Shown in pieces: positions 53,162 through 64,000 of a stretch of DNA of 64,000 nucleotides. The stretch is from Camelus ferus. Lineage: Eukaryota. Location: assembly GCF_009834535.1 (NCBI RefSeq), contig NC_045707.1, positions 55,368,001 through 55,432,000 of the forward strand. The letters are read 5' to 3'. The notes beneath the pieces were generated by a model, which saw only the letters and a list, made by a program, of their open reading frames with translations, did no database searches and was not told the origin of the DNA. Positions within the stretch are counted from its first letter, which is position 1. Every line of letters begins with the position of its first letter. Made by a program: the position numbers and the translations under genes.

Positions 53162-53272
53162 ACCTCACAGAGCTCTTACAAAACACCATTTAAATAAACT
53201 AAGTGTAAATATACTAGAAACATATGAATTAAATTTCCCTTGAAATGCACTGGGTTTAAAAATTGGGAGGAA
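53162..53272 (-). repeat. inverted repeat, right arm (111 bp)
   Basis: reverse complement of 52016-52126 with 11 transition differences. Confidence 0.95.
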
Positions 53273-54737
53273 GAGTGCTTGGCCAAGATATTTTATGTTT
53301 TGCCAAACCCCAAATGTTTGAAAAAAATAGTTTTAAAAGATTTTATTGAATCAAAATGCTACTGAGTATACACATTCCTTAAAAATCTGTATTTACTTAT
53401 TGACTCATGAGCCATATTACACTGGTACAAATTAAGTGATTATGGGGCAACGTATCAAACTATTCAGAATATTAATGTAAAGTGCTTGATAATTTAGCAG
53501 TGGCCAGAGATTGACAGAGCTGTCCAGAGTGTCCTCTGCTCAAGCTGATAGCTGGAGAACAGCACAGCCGTAGGATTATTTTCCAGAGAAGTAGCGTCGA
53601 TAATCATTTTAGAGAACAAAAACTTGTTCCCAAACTTAATGACTCTGATAATTACAAAAATAGCTTTAATTGAATAAAAGGGAAAGGAAACAATTTTAAG
53701 AATGTGACCTGGTCACAGCAGAACATTGATCACTCTGTGTGTGTGTCTGTAATTTACTCAAATTAGAACCAAACACATTTTTTTATATAAATAATCAGCA
53801 GTTCTCAACTTCCTTCAGTGTGTAAGTCACAGTTTTATGTGGACTCTAATAGGAAAAGATATTTACAAAACTAGCTTCTGTAGCAGTGGGTGGGCATGAC
53901 CTACCCAGCTCACTCCTCTGCTGGGTGATCCGTTAGAGCTTGACGCCTTAGACTCTTAATGGGTTTATGGTCTTCTCATGCCCACTTTTGAAACAGAATT
54001 ACCCCGGAGTATCAGGTCGTTGCTACCTAGTTCCTTGACAAGAATTGTTTGAAACTATTGGTAGTTGGATTTACAGCTAGCTGGAAACAAGGCTTTCTGG
54101 GAATAGGCTTTAGCCCAAGAGTCAGATGGGAAATGTCTGAGACATCTAAAACTGCAAGTGTAAACGGTCTGCAGTGTGAAAACAGTTGCCTGGCTCTTTT
54201 AGTCAGAAATCCATCAAAAAGTTCTCCATTTGTGACTCTTGGCTCTTTATGGGACACAGTACTTTCCCATGACTACATCAGGGTACGTGCTAACATGTTC
54301 TTTTCCCAGCGCTGCTCTTAGCTAGCCACTTCTTTCTTCTTTCACTTTTCAGATTAAATTTTACCTCCCAAGTAAATAGTTGGATGACTCTAATCTTAAG
54401 CAGATCCTCAGTGGTCTCAGTTATCTTCTATTTTAGCTTCTTTTTTGTTTCTTTTATAGCATTTACTAGAATTTTGAATTATTATATTTATTGCTGCAAA
54501 ATTTTAAATTTACCTCCTTCAGCAGAGGAGTTCTGTGGTGAGAGGTAATGTCAGTCAAGTTCACAGTTGACTCCTCACTACCTGCTGTTGAACTTGGCAT
54601 TGAACACATACTTTTGAATGAATGGCATGTTTGTTGTTTGACAGCAGAAAGGTGAGCAGGCTCATATGTGGTATGTTTACTGTATTTAGCAGTCATTTGC
54701 TAAAATTTAAGCAAATTATGGTGTTCCTACAATGCAG

Positions 54738-54802
54738 GGAATTAGCAAATTAACTTGAAATGAACTGTGCCCATGGCTGCGTATTCTATTTCTTCACTCA
54801 AG
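54738..54802 (+). other. candidate 65-nt exon or end of an alternative first exon
   Basis: weak acceptor ttcctacaatgcag|G; good donor AAG|GTATGA; ATGs at 54760 and 54773 are both open to the donor. Confidence 0.25.
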
Positions 54803-56413
54803 GTATGAGCTTGAATAAATCTATCTCCTGGAAGAAGCTTCAAGAAAGCTGAGAGATTTCCTAATAATTTTTTTTATTATTATTAAAAGATTTATAAATC
54901 TGATCACCTAATGCCTGGGGGTGGGGGTGGAGTAGACCCAGGAGGAGGCTCCTATACTAAAGGTCTACGACCTTGTACTTAAGAAAAATACCTCTAGCCT
55001 TGCCTGTGGCCAAGCAGCTGAAAGGAAGAGAAGGGACTGAGCAGGGCAGCAGGGAGGTGTCAGGGGAATGCTTTGTCTAAAATTTACTGCATACTGGTAT
55101 ACGTTTAAAACAGTAATAAACGTCCTTTCTGACCTGAAATCAGCTCATTTTCCAGGCAAAAATTTCATAGAAAATGGTGGCCCAAAATTAGTGAGACTTG
55201 CTGGAGCCTTCTTGACGTGAGAACAAGCTCTGATTATTCTCTAGGCACATAAGGTCTATTTGGACATTCAACTGAAAAATGAATTCCAGGGTATTTGGTT
55301 TTTTTTTTTTTCTAATTGCATAATCAAGATCTGTCTTCTAACTCTTTCTTCTATATCTCACCCTCATTTTATCCTAGTGTCTTACTTCCTCTCCTCCTGT
55401 CTCACAAGTATTATTTTAGCACCTACTATGTGTCCAGAAATTGGGAGTACAGTAGAAAACAACACATGTTCCCCTTTCTTGTGGAGTGTACACTCTTTCC
55501 TATGAATCTCCACAGCCTACTGACATATTCACGGGTTGCAACATTAGAGTCAGCCCAGTTTTTTGATGATGTCACTGACATTGAGGTTGGTCCTTGTCCT
55601 TGTTACACTGAGAGGGCAAAGAAAGGATCTGGGAGACTAAATTCCTACATAGTGTTCTGTGTCATTTTTCTGTTTCTATAAAAGAAAAAAGTAGCCCCAG
55701 TGGGTAGTGAGCAAGAGTGTGACAGGGACATGGCAATGACTGTGTAAGGGGGAAGGAGGTGCCTCTAAGAATAAGTTGGCAAGAAAGCCAGAGTCCTCTC
55801 CAGACGTGACTGAGATTGTCAACGTTGCCTTGAGTCTTCTAGTAGCATTTCTACCTCACTCATGTTTCTATCCTGTTTTTTTCCTAATTTCTGATTTTGG
55901 GAATCCATTTGTTATAATGAGTTAGGAATTCACACATTGATCATTTTCTAATGAAAATGTTACAATTGCAGATTGGACTGAAACTGGCCCATTGACTTGC
56001 CATAGAGAATCAATACAGTGCCCCTGGTCAATATTTTGAGATGCCCGAAATCACATAGGCAAGTGATAAAAAGAGGCCAAAGGTGTAAAGAAGAGGCAAG
56101 AACTCTCAGTGGCTTCTCTTTATAGCAGGTGTAGTGAAAACCGAAAACCAGTTAAGATGGAAAATACTGGTTTGGCCCATAAGAATGCTTTTATATTAGA
56201 AGAATTGACCAGATGTTTTGATACTTTTGATTGGTATGCAATTTATAGACTGCATTAGGTCAAAAGTAACATTGGAGTTAGCAAGCATTATTATCCAAAT
56301 GACAGGGGTGATATATATCATATATACTTTTTTGGTGTAAATGAGATGAATAAAATATTTGCATCTCAGTTCTTTCTGTAGTCTTAAAATCATTTTAAAT
56401 CTTGAAACTATGA

Positions 56414-56453
56414 GTGTGTGTGTGTGTGTGTATATACACACACACACACACAC
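56414..56453. repeat. perfect 40-bp palindromic microsatellite (GT)n-TATATA-(CA)n
   Basis: 17-nt GT run + tatata + 17-nt CA run is its own reverse complement. Confidence 0.9.
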
Positions 56454-58029
56454 ATATATCACTTTTTCTCATTGGCCACATGAACTTGCTGAAATTTAAG
56501 TTCATCATATCAATAAAAATCTTTACTTGCTTATTAATCTTGTTACCAGTCTAAATTCTTTTTTTCTTCCTAGAATGGAAGAATTTAGCCATTTCTAAAA
56601 ATATAAGAGACTAATAGAATGGGAATTTGCTATGGTATATCTGACAGGTCCAGATAAAGTTTTTATTCAAATTAAGTGTATTTTGTCAATGCATAGTATT
56701 AAGGAGGGAAACCACTTTTCTCCTCCACTCAGATTCACAAGTGAAAGGACTTTCTGGCTTAAAGCAATACTTGGCCCCTTTCCCCATTATTCACATGCTC
56801 ATCTCCATAGGCAAAGGATGAATTCTCTGCTAAATTTTGTAGAGGGGATTATACGCATTCAGTTCATCTTCCCTTCCCATTACTGTTGTGCCAGCCTCAA
56901 AAATGACAAATTTTGGTACCTTCAGTATGAAGTTTGCCAGGGGAAGCTTTGAATTTTTCAGATCTATTCAAGTATGTTTAATAATAACTTGAAGTATTAG
57001 CAAGCCCTCTATGCTGCAGATTTAAAGCGAATTCTCTAAGCAGCCTTTCTGTCCTAAAAGCTGACATTTTAATCTCAATGTCTTTGATGCTTATGTTTTA
57101 TATCACAATTAATTCCCAACCCAAGAGGGAAAGAAAGAGATGCTATTTATTCAAACTTTAAAACCCCAACACAAAGAAACAGATTTCAGTTTTAATTTTC
57201 ATTTACAATAGTATGGTACGTATTCCACATATTCACCTAATGCACATGTGGAAACACTAAAGTGTACATGTGTGTACACACTCTGGCATCTACACACTTA
57301 GAAATCCACATAAAAGCTTTCTATGAAATATTTTTTCCATATTGAGGCAACTTTTAGGTGAACGATAAGTTATGTCTCTATTCTGATTGAAATTTAATTT
57401 CCACAGATTCAGTTATATATATAACTTAAAGGTAACTTTATTTTTCTACTGCATGACATGTTTGAAATATTTTCTGATATTTTCCTAGCAAAGACTCTGT
57501 GTATTTAAATTGTACTTAGGTTAAGAAGATGAGATAAAAGAACTAAGATGAAAATATACTTAGGAAGAACTTAAAAGAGAAAATTGATTCTTCAGTATAA
57601 TCTTTATCCTTTGTAAACTATTTGAACTAAATTTACTTAAATTATTTTACTTAACCTAATTAATATTTATTTCTAGGTTTCAAGAGATAACATATTAAAG
57701 CTGTTTATATTAATTCACAAATATCTTTCAAAGATAAATCTGGGTTTACATAAGGCAATTGTTTTGAAATATTATTACATATTCTTAATTCTCCCTCACA
57801 TTTTTTCTCGCATTGGATTCAGCTTATTAGTACTTAGAAGCTGACGAGTTGTTGGAATTTATCAATTCATTGTTCAATAGAACACTTTAAGACTTAAAGA
57901 ATGGCAAAAAATATATTAATAGGTTAAGCTGGAAACAAACACAAATATAGAGGCTTCTTTATAATAAATAAAATAGACGTTTCAGGCTTTAAGTTATTTT
58001 TAGCAGCATTTAACTTACTACACGGTCTC

Positions 58030-58560
58030 TCTCATTTTAGATTCCTTTTCTCCTACAGTGGTGGAATTATACTGGTTTTCCTTCTACGTCTCTGCTGTCT
58101 CCTAGGTCATCTACTTTGTAGGCTCATCTTCTGGTACCGGGTCATTAGAGCTGGAGTTCCTGGAAGGTCGGTCCTCAGCCTCCTTTTTCCTCACTGTACA
58201 TTCCTTGTCTTCACCACGTGCACGTATTCCTTATGAACTTCTTTAACCGAGGAAATTTGCTTTGGATTTTCAGCCCTAATCTTTGCTCTCAGCGTGGATG
58301 GATGTTGCCACCCCTTACTTGGCTTTACTTCCCAGCTGTTTAAAGTCACCTCACACCTCATTCTCTTCCAGTTTTCTCCAAGGTGTCCCCACTATTCCTC
58401 TAGTTTCACATGTCAGAAAGTAAGGCGTCATCACTGACAACTTCCTCTTCCTTATTCTCCATATCCAATCCTTCATCATGTCTCATCAAATGTCTTTCAT
58501 ATGTCTTTCATCCATTCACTTTTTCCTTGTGACCATTCTAGTCCAAATTACCCTTATTTC
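58030..58560 (+). mobile_element. L2 fragment
   Basis: ctggttttccttctacgtctctg; ctggagttcctggaaggtcggtcctcagcctcct; ttctccatatccaatcc. Confidence 0.65.
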
Positions 58561-58974
58561 AGACATTACCAATGGTGATTTAATGTGGATATTAGTATTA
58601 ATTATTAATACCAATTTTAAATATGTATAAGTTAATTTCAGTAAAATATAAAGAGAAAGCGATACAGGAAGCATACAGTTTTGGTCATGTAAAATTATAT
58701 CGTTAACATGATTGTAGTCAGGCAACTGGGCAGTGCTAACTGATTCATTTCTCAAGATTCAGGATTACTATTGACCATAAGTAACACTGAAGCCATTTAT
58801 TGTTCTGGTGACTTCTTAAGCCAGTATCCTTAGATGGAGATCTTTTGGTACAGATGTACCACGAAAGACCTTAGTTATTATATTTTATTTATTAGTATTA
58901 GTCTTTCGTCTGTATTTGTGGCATTCCTTGGAGGACTTTGGGACTTACAGTGTGTTTCGGGAGAGATCATACAG

Positions 58975-59240
58975 GGGACATGCTAAGACATGGAAGAGCT
59001 TTGCATTTGAATTAGATCAGAATTTAAATCCTAATTTTGGTCACTTTTGTATAAACTTGCATGGCTTCTTCACTTGCTTGCCACCTCACTTTTCTCATCT
59101 GTAAAAGGGGAACAATAAAGCCTTCTCTTGGGTTATGAGGAATATTAGCTAAGTTACAATTCATAGAACACATTATGAAGTCTAAAGCATGGCTCATGTG
59201 TTCTTAAACAACACTAAAACTACATGTTATAGGAAATATT
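58975..59240 (+). mobile_element. MIR SINE
   Basis: tttgaattagatcagaatttaaatcct...cctcacttttctcatctgtaaaaggggaacaataa. Confidence 0.65.
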
Positions 59241-60369
59241 ATTTTAACTTTCTTCCCATTGTACTACACAGAAAGATTAGAACCTAAATTTTGTCTAAAT
59301 AATAAGAATTCCATGAACAAAAGTAGTTGGTGTATGGTTGCTTCATTAACATATGCTTATTAAGACTTGATATGATCCTTTTAATTCTTTGTGGAAGCTA
59401 TTTAGTGCATAAATAGTAAACTAACCAATTAGATAAAATCTTGCTCCTGTATTTTGCATGATTCTTAATCTGTCATAGCTGTGTTATAAGTTACCCTGGA
59501 AAGTGCACCTCATATAACACATGCTTATCTGTATAAACCAATAGTAAGAGGCCAATTATGGAATTTATTTGCTAAATTTTTTATCACCTGAATTTTGAAT
59601 CTGGAAATTTAAACCTGAAAAGACCAATTAAATATAATCTGCCTGTTCAGATGGAAAGTCCGTGCAGTTGTTCTGCTCATTTTTTCCAAAGTAGACAGTT
59701 TCATGCCCAATTTTCTCCATTCAACATATTTTACGTGAAGCATATGGAATAGCTTTTTTACATCTTCCATCAGGCATGTGGAGGTTGGTGAGAAAATAGA
59801 TCATAAGAAAACATAAAAAAAAAAAAAAAAAACCACATGAAATACATTCAAGATGTGTGAGGGAAACCAAATGCAGATTTTTCATGGCCTGGCATATTTA
59901 GGAGTGAGAAAAGCGTTGGATTCAAAGCCTTGATCCTCATTGTTGCTTGAATTACTAAACATAAATAAACAGAAAAAGAAGTAGTTATTTTTTTGTAATT
60001 TTCATGTTGCAAGAAAAATAATTCAATTAAGATTGGAATTAGGTTATTGATTATATATATATTTTTTAAGAGTGTAGTAAAATTTAAATTAAGCGAAAAA
60101 GTAAATCCATTTCCTCTGGAGCAACACATATATAATAATCACATATCATTTCAGATTAGAAATGAAAAACCGTATGGTCATTAATATCCACATGAATAAT
60201 AAAACTAGAAGAAAGCAGAGGAAATGCAGGGGAAACTTCAGTCTTTTTCATGTTCCTTTAGCATGGTGTCTAAGCATGGTAAATAACATTAAATTGTACA
60301 CTTTTCTAAAAATAAATAAGATACTGAACTCTTCATGGCTTCTTAAATTCAAAGTATTATGCTGATAAC

Positions 60370-60590
60370 TTTATACATGTTTCATCACTTAACTCAAAGC
60401 ATAATTACATGGTGGTAAGGTACAATGAATAAAATTTCTTTTTTTTTTCCCACTTCAAGAAACTGAGGCTTAAAGATAGTAAGAATTATATATGTGTAAG
60501 ATCACACTTCTATAAATCAGTAGACTTGGAGTTTGATTTCAGTCTTTAGATTTGAAAGCTTAGTTTTAAAATCACTAAAATATACTACTT
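60370..60590 (-). mobile_element. MIR SINE
   Basis: aagaaactgaggcttaaagatagtaag...aagatcacac...ttggagtttgatttcagtct. Confidence 0.55.
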
Positions 60591-62789
60591 TTTATATAAG
60601 AGTATATTAATAATCCAACAGAAGATATTATTACATTTTGTTACTTTCTCACACAGTGACTTATCTGTAATTACACGTATATCATCTATTTTGTAAAATG
60701 ATCTGTAACTATTTCGTATGAGGTTTATAGATCATGCAGCTTAGGATTTGAGAAGTTAGGTTTATTTCAGATCAAAGAGAGAGTTAAGTAGCAGAGTTGA
60801 AATCTAGGCTTAACCCACTGATTACTTATGTCTTAGAAGGGGTTATTATTCCAGTTGTATAGATATTCAGTTTATACTGATTCACATCTATGCTTTTGTG
60901 TGTTTATTCCTTTGAGCATGCCATGCATTTATAAGATTACTAGGTGAGATTCTTTTTCCCTTATTTCAACAGAAATATGTACACTTCCTGCTACTTGCCA
61001 GATATATATTGCTATGGATATAATTTTTTTTTAAAAGACTGAACCTAGCCTTTAAAGACCTTAAAGCAATAAAAATAATAATAATAACAACAACCAACTG
61101 TAATGCAGTGCGGTCAGTATGTACCTCAGTAGTGAAAAAAATCTATTGGGGAAATACTGCAGGACTCATTCTGCCTTGCTTTGAAGCGGTCTGGGAAGAG
61201 ATGGTACTGAAGCTCTGGGATAGAGTAAAGCTGATTAATTACTAATTTGGCCTAATAAATATGTGTTCCTATACTTTGATTAATCAACTACAAGATTACT
61301 CAGCCAATAAATATGGTTTAGGCAGCTCTGAGAAATCTTGCAACTGGCTCTGCTGGTCTGTCACTGCCCTTGAGGAGTTCACAATGAAGTCTAAGAAATG
61401 AGACACCACATTTCAAAAGAATGTTTGCTTCCTAAGGGCAGGGGGTTTTCTGCTGTATCCATGAGTGTATTCCAAGCTATTTATAAAGCCTGGGCCCTAA
61501 TAAGCAGTCAAACAACTATTGAGTAAATGGCTGAATGATTGAATGAGTGTGAAGGAAAATGTGGACTTCAACACCAGATATACCTGGGTTGAAATCATCA
61601 TGTCCTCCAACTGCTAACCTTTTCAATGCAGGGCTTTGGGGAATAAAAGGATCTAACTTGTATAGTAGTTCTGATGATTTAAAATAATGTATGTGAATTA
61701 GAGAGGTGTTTCTGTAGTTCTTCGTAAATGCTGCTCAGCAATGTCATGAGAAAACTGTAAACCTCAATAGGTTGCAGAGATGGTAAAGTGCTGAGTGAGC
61801 TGAAGATAGAGTGGATGAACTGAACTTGAGCTTCATAGACAGAACTTCATTTATGTTTCTGGTTCCAGAACTTCCAGCCTCTCCTTCAAGCACGTTGTTT
61901 GACTTTCCTATAAAGCTTAGATAGTAGTATTTACCTTATGCGGATTAAAAGCCTGGTGGTTGACTAACGTAGCAGGAATTTCATAAATGGCATCTAACTA
62001 GTGATTATTGTAGATTGGAACAGTCAAGGGACGTTTTACACGGGAGAAAAAGGATAAATTAAACAAAAAAACAAAAAACACAAAACACAGGAAAGTACTC
62101 AAGTAGAGAACGAAGGCACATGATAAATGTAGCATATTTGTATGGAAAAGTTAACATGTTTACTTTGCTTAAAAATTTACAGATGTGAGAAGCAGCAGCG
62201 ATTTTGTACAGTAGAGTAACTGGCTGTTCTGCACCCATAGCTAATTTTGCTTAAAAATAAGAATCCATGCATATTAATTATTTCGTGATTAGCAGTCTTA
62301 ATGTGTAATTTGTTTAATCCTTTTAAAGTTAAAGATATCATATATAATTATATTCCTATTATATATCTTTTGTGGATTAGAAGAATGAGAGTTTCAAAGA
62401 GGTTAAGTAACTCGACCAAGGTCGTACATACATTGAATGAATTTCCAGAAGGTGTTTACCTACCAGCTTGGTATTTCTCCAAGTGTGGGTTTTGGGTACA
62501 CTTGCATTAGTACCTGTGGTGTAGGTAAGAACACGTATTTCTGGCCTTCATCCCAGACAGACTAAAGTAGCTTGGGGTGGGCCAGACATCTGTATTTTTA
62601 ACAAACAATCTAGGATAATCATATATATACCATATATATATGTCGTATATAATAATTTGAAAACCATTCCATTATCTACAAGAATCAAATGCTAGCTCAG
62701 TTTTTAACATGATTTTTTTTTAACTAGGATGCCTTCAGTTTCCTCATCTACAAAGTAGAGAAAATAAAATATCCTGTAATGAAAAAAAT

Positions 62790-62895
62790 AGAAAAGAAAC
62801 ATATATATATATATATGTATAACTGAATCACTATGCCATACACCAGAAATTAACACAACATTGTAAATCGACTATACTTCAATTAAAAATAAGAA
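62790..62895 (+). mobile_element. about 100-bp young L1 3' tail inserted in a MIR
   Basis: atgtataactgaatcactatgccatacaccagaaattaacacaacattgtaaatcgactatacttcaa resembles the reverse complement of the L1 tail at 4031-4110; MIR core cttcagtttcctcatctacaaa on the left, MIR 3' part on the right. Confidence 0.8.
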
Positions 62896-63059
62896 GTTTG
62901 TTTCATACAATTGTTTTTAGCACTAAATAAATACACTTGTACAAAGCCCTCAGAACAGAGTCTGGTAATTTTTAATTTTCAATAAAGTTAGCTACCACTA
63001 TTATTTGTCATTTCCTTCAAGATTTCCTTGAGCTAGAATGGGCCTCGGAGACCAGTTAA

Positions 63060-63420
63060 TTCATTTTAATCATTACTCTCTTCACATTCATTTTCTCAGA
63101 CTGAAGAGTCCTAATCTTCAGATTTTTCACGGAGGCATTCCATCATCGTGGCTATTTAAATTACATCTTCTTGAGCTTTTTCCATCTACATTAAATCTTT
63201 CATTTCACTAGCAATCACACTACAGGATATTGCAGATGGGGCCACGCAGTCGTTTCACAGTAGGATAAGCTTATGTTTTCTGTTAGTTCCCTGCCCTTCC
63301 TGATGCTGCCCAACCTTTTTTAGTCTTTCTGTGCACATTAAGGGGGGAAAATAGCTAAGTCAGTCAGTTTCCTTTTCCGGGACTGGAGCTAAGAGCTCAG
63401 AACCCATCATCTAAAAAAAC
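63060..63420 (-). mobile_element. CR1/L3 LINE fragment
   Basis: ttttctcagactgaagagtcctaatctt...atattgcagatgggcc...cttcctgatgctgcccaac. Confidence 0.45.
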
Positions 63421-63579
63421 AGCACTTACATGTGTTTTCTTGAAATGCGTTATCCTAATTAAAATACTAACACTTTGTATTCTCACAATGCTTTATGATT
63501 CAGAAAATCTATTTGATTAGAAGCCATAAAGGTGCCATCTCATTATATATTTTTATTGTTCTGTAACATTTCTTTATCT

Positions 63580-63875
63580 TTTTTAATTAATTGACTTTAT
63601 TTTTTAGAGCAGTTTGAGGTTCACAGCAGAACTGAGCAGAAAATAGAGTCAGTACACAGCCCTCCCCACCCACACATGTATACTCCCCTACCCTCATCAT
63701 CCCTCATCAGTGTGGCATATTTGGTACAATCGATGAACCAACATGGACACATTATTATCAACCAAAGTCCATAGTTTACATTAGGGTTCACTCTTGATGT
63801 ACATTCTATGGGTTTTAACAAATGCATAATGGCATGTAGCCACCACTATAGTATCATACAGAATAATTTCATTCT
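63580..63875 (-). mobile_element. L1MC/L1MD-type 3' end
   Basis: tttttagagcagtttgaggttcacagca...aatcgatgaaccaac...ccaaagtccatagtttacattagggttcactctt. Confidence 0.85.
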
Positions 63876-64000
63876 ATTCTACAGCATTTCTTAAACACGC
63901 ATACACACCCACACAGCCATAAAGCCAAAACAAGTATTTTTCACCCCTTATCCCAAATCTGTGCTGCAACCAGTGAGGTAGGATTAGGGATGATTTCTGT

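Noticed and set aside
52016..53272. Inverted repeat as the TIRs of a DNA transposon
   Set aside because: No TA or 8-bp target duplication outside the arms, no recognisable terminus, no transposase remnant. Not fully excluded without a Dfam search.
58490..58511. 11-bp tandem atgtctttcat x2
   Set aside because: Too short to be notable; lies within an L2.

Overview
AT-rich mammalian genomic DNA, probably intronic or 5'-flanking sequence of a large gene. No intact protein-coding exon was recognised. The ORF-track entries are either chance ORFs or decayed LINE-1 ORF2 and ERVL gag. Much of the window is interspersed repeat: L1 of several ages, L2, MIR, CR1/L3, MaLR (MLT1) and ERVL LTR elements, and Tigger and hAT-Charlie DNA transposons. 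Family names come from recall of consensus motifs and boundaries are approximate. Young L1 3' ends of artiodactyl type, an internally deleted Tigger1, and no Alu, B1/B2, Bov-tA/BovB, PRE-1 or Can-SINE copies suggest a camelid-like cetartiodactyl (inference). The strongest unexplained structure is a gap-free 111-bp inverted repeat (52016-52126 / 53162-53272) in repeat-poor sequence, whose 11 mismatches are all transitions. Other notable items: a twin-primed L1 inversion, an L1 nested in an L1, a likely L1 3' transduction, a retrocopied mRNA 3' UTR, a 34-nt U2 snRNA retro-fragment, a dimeric polyadenylated LTR-like retroposon, and a few candidate small + strand exons. Nothing here proves a new biological system.
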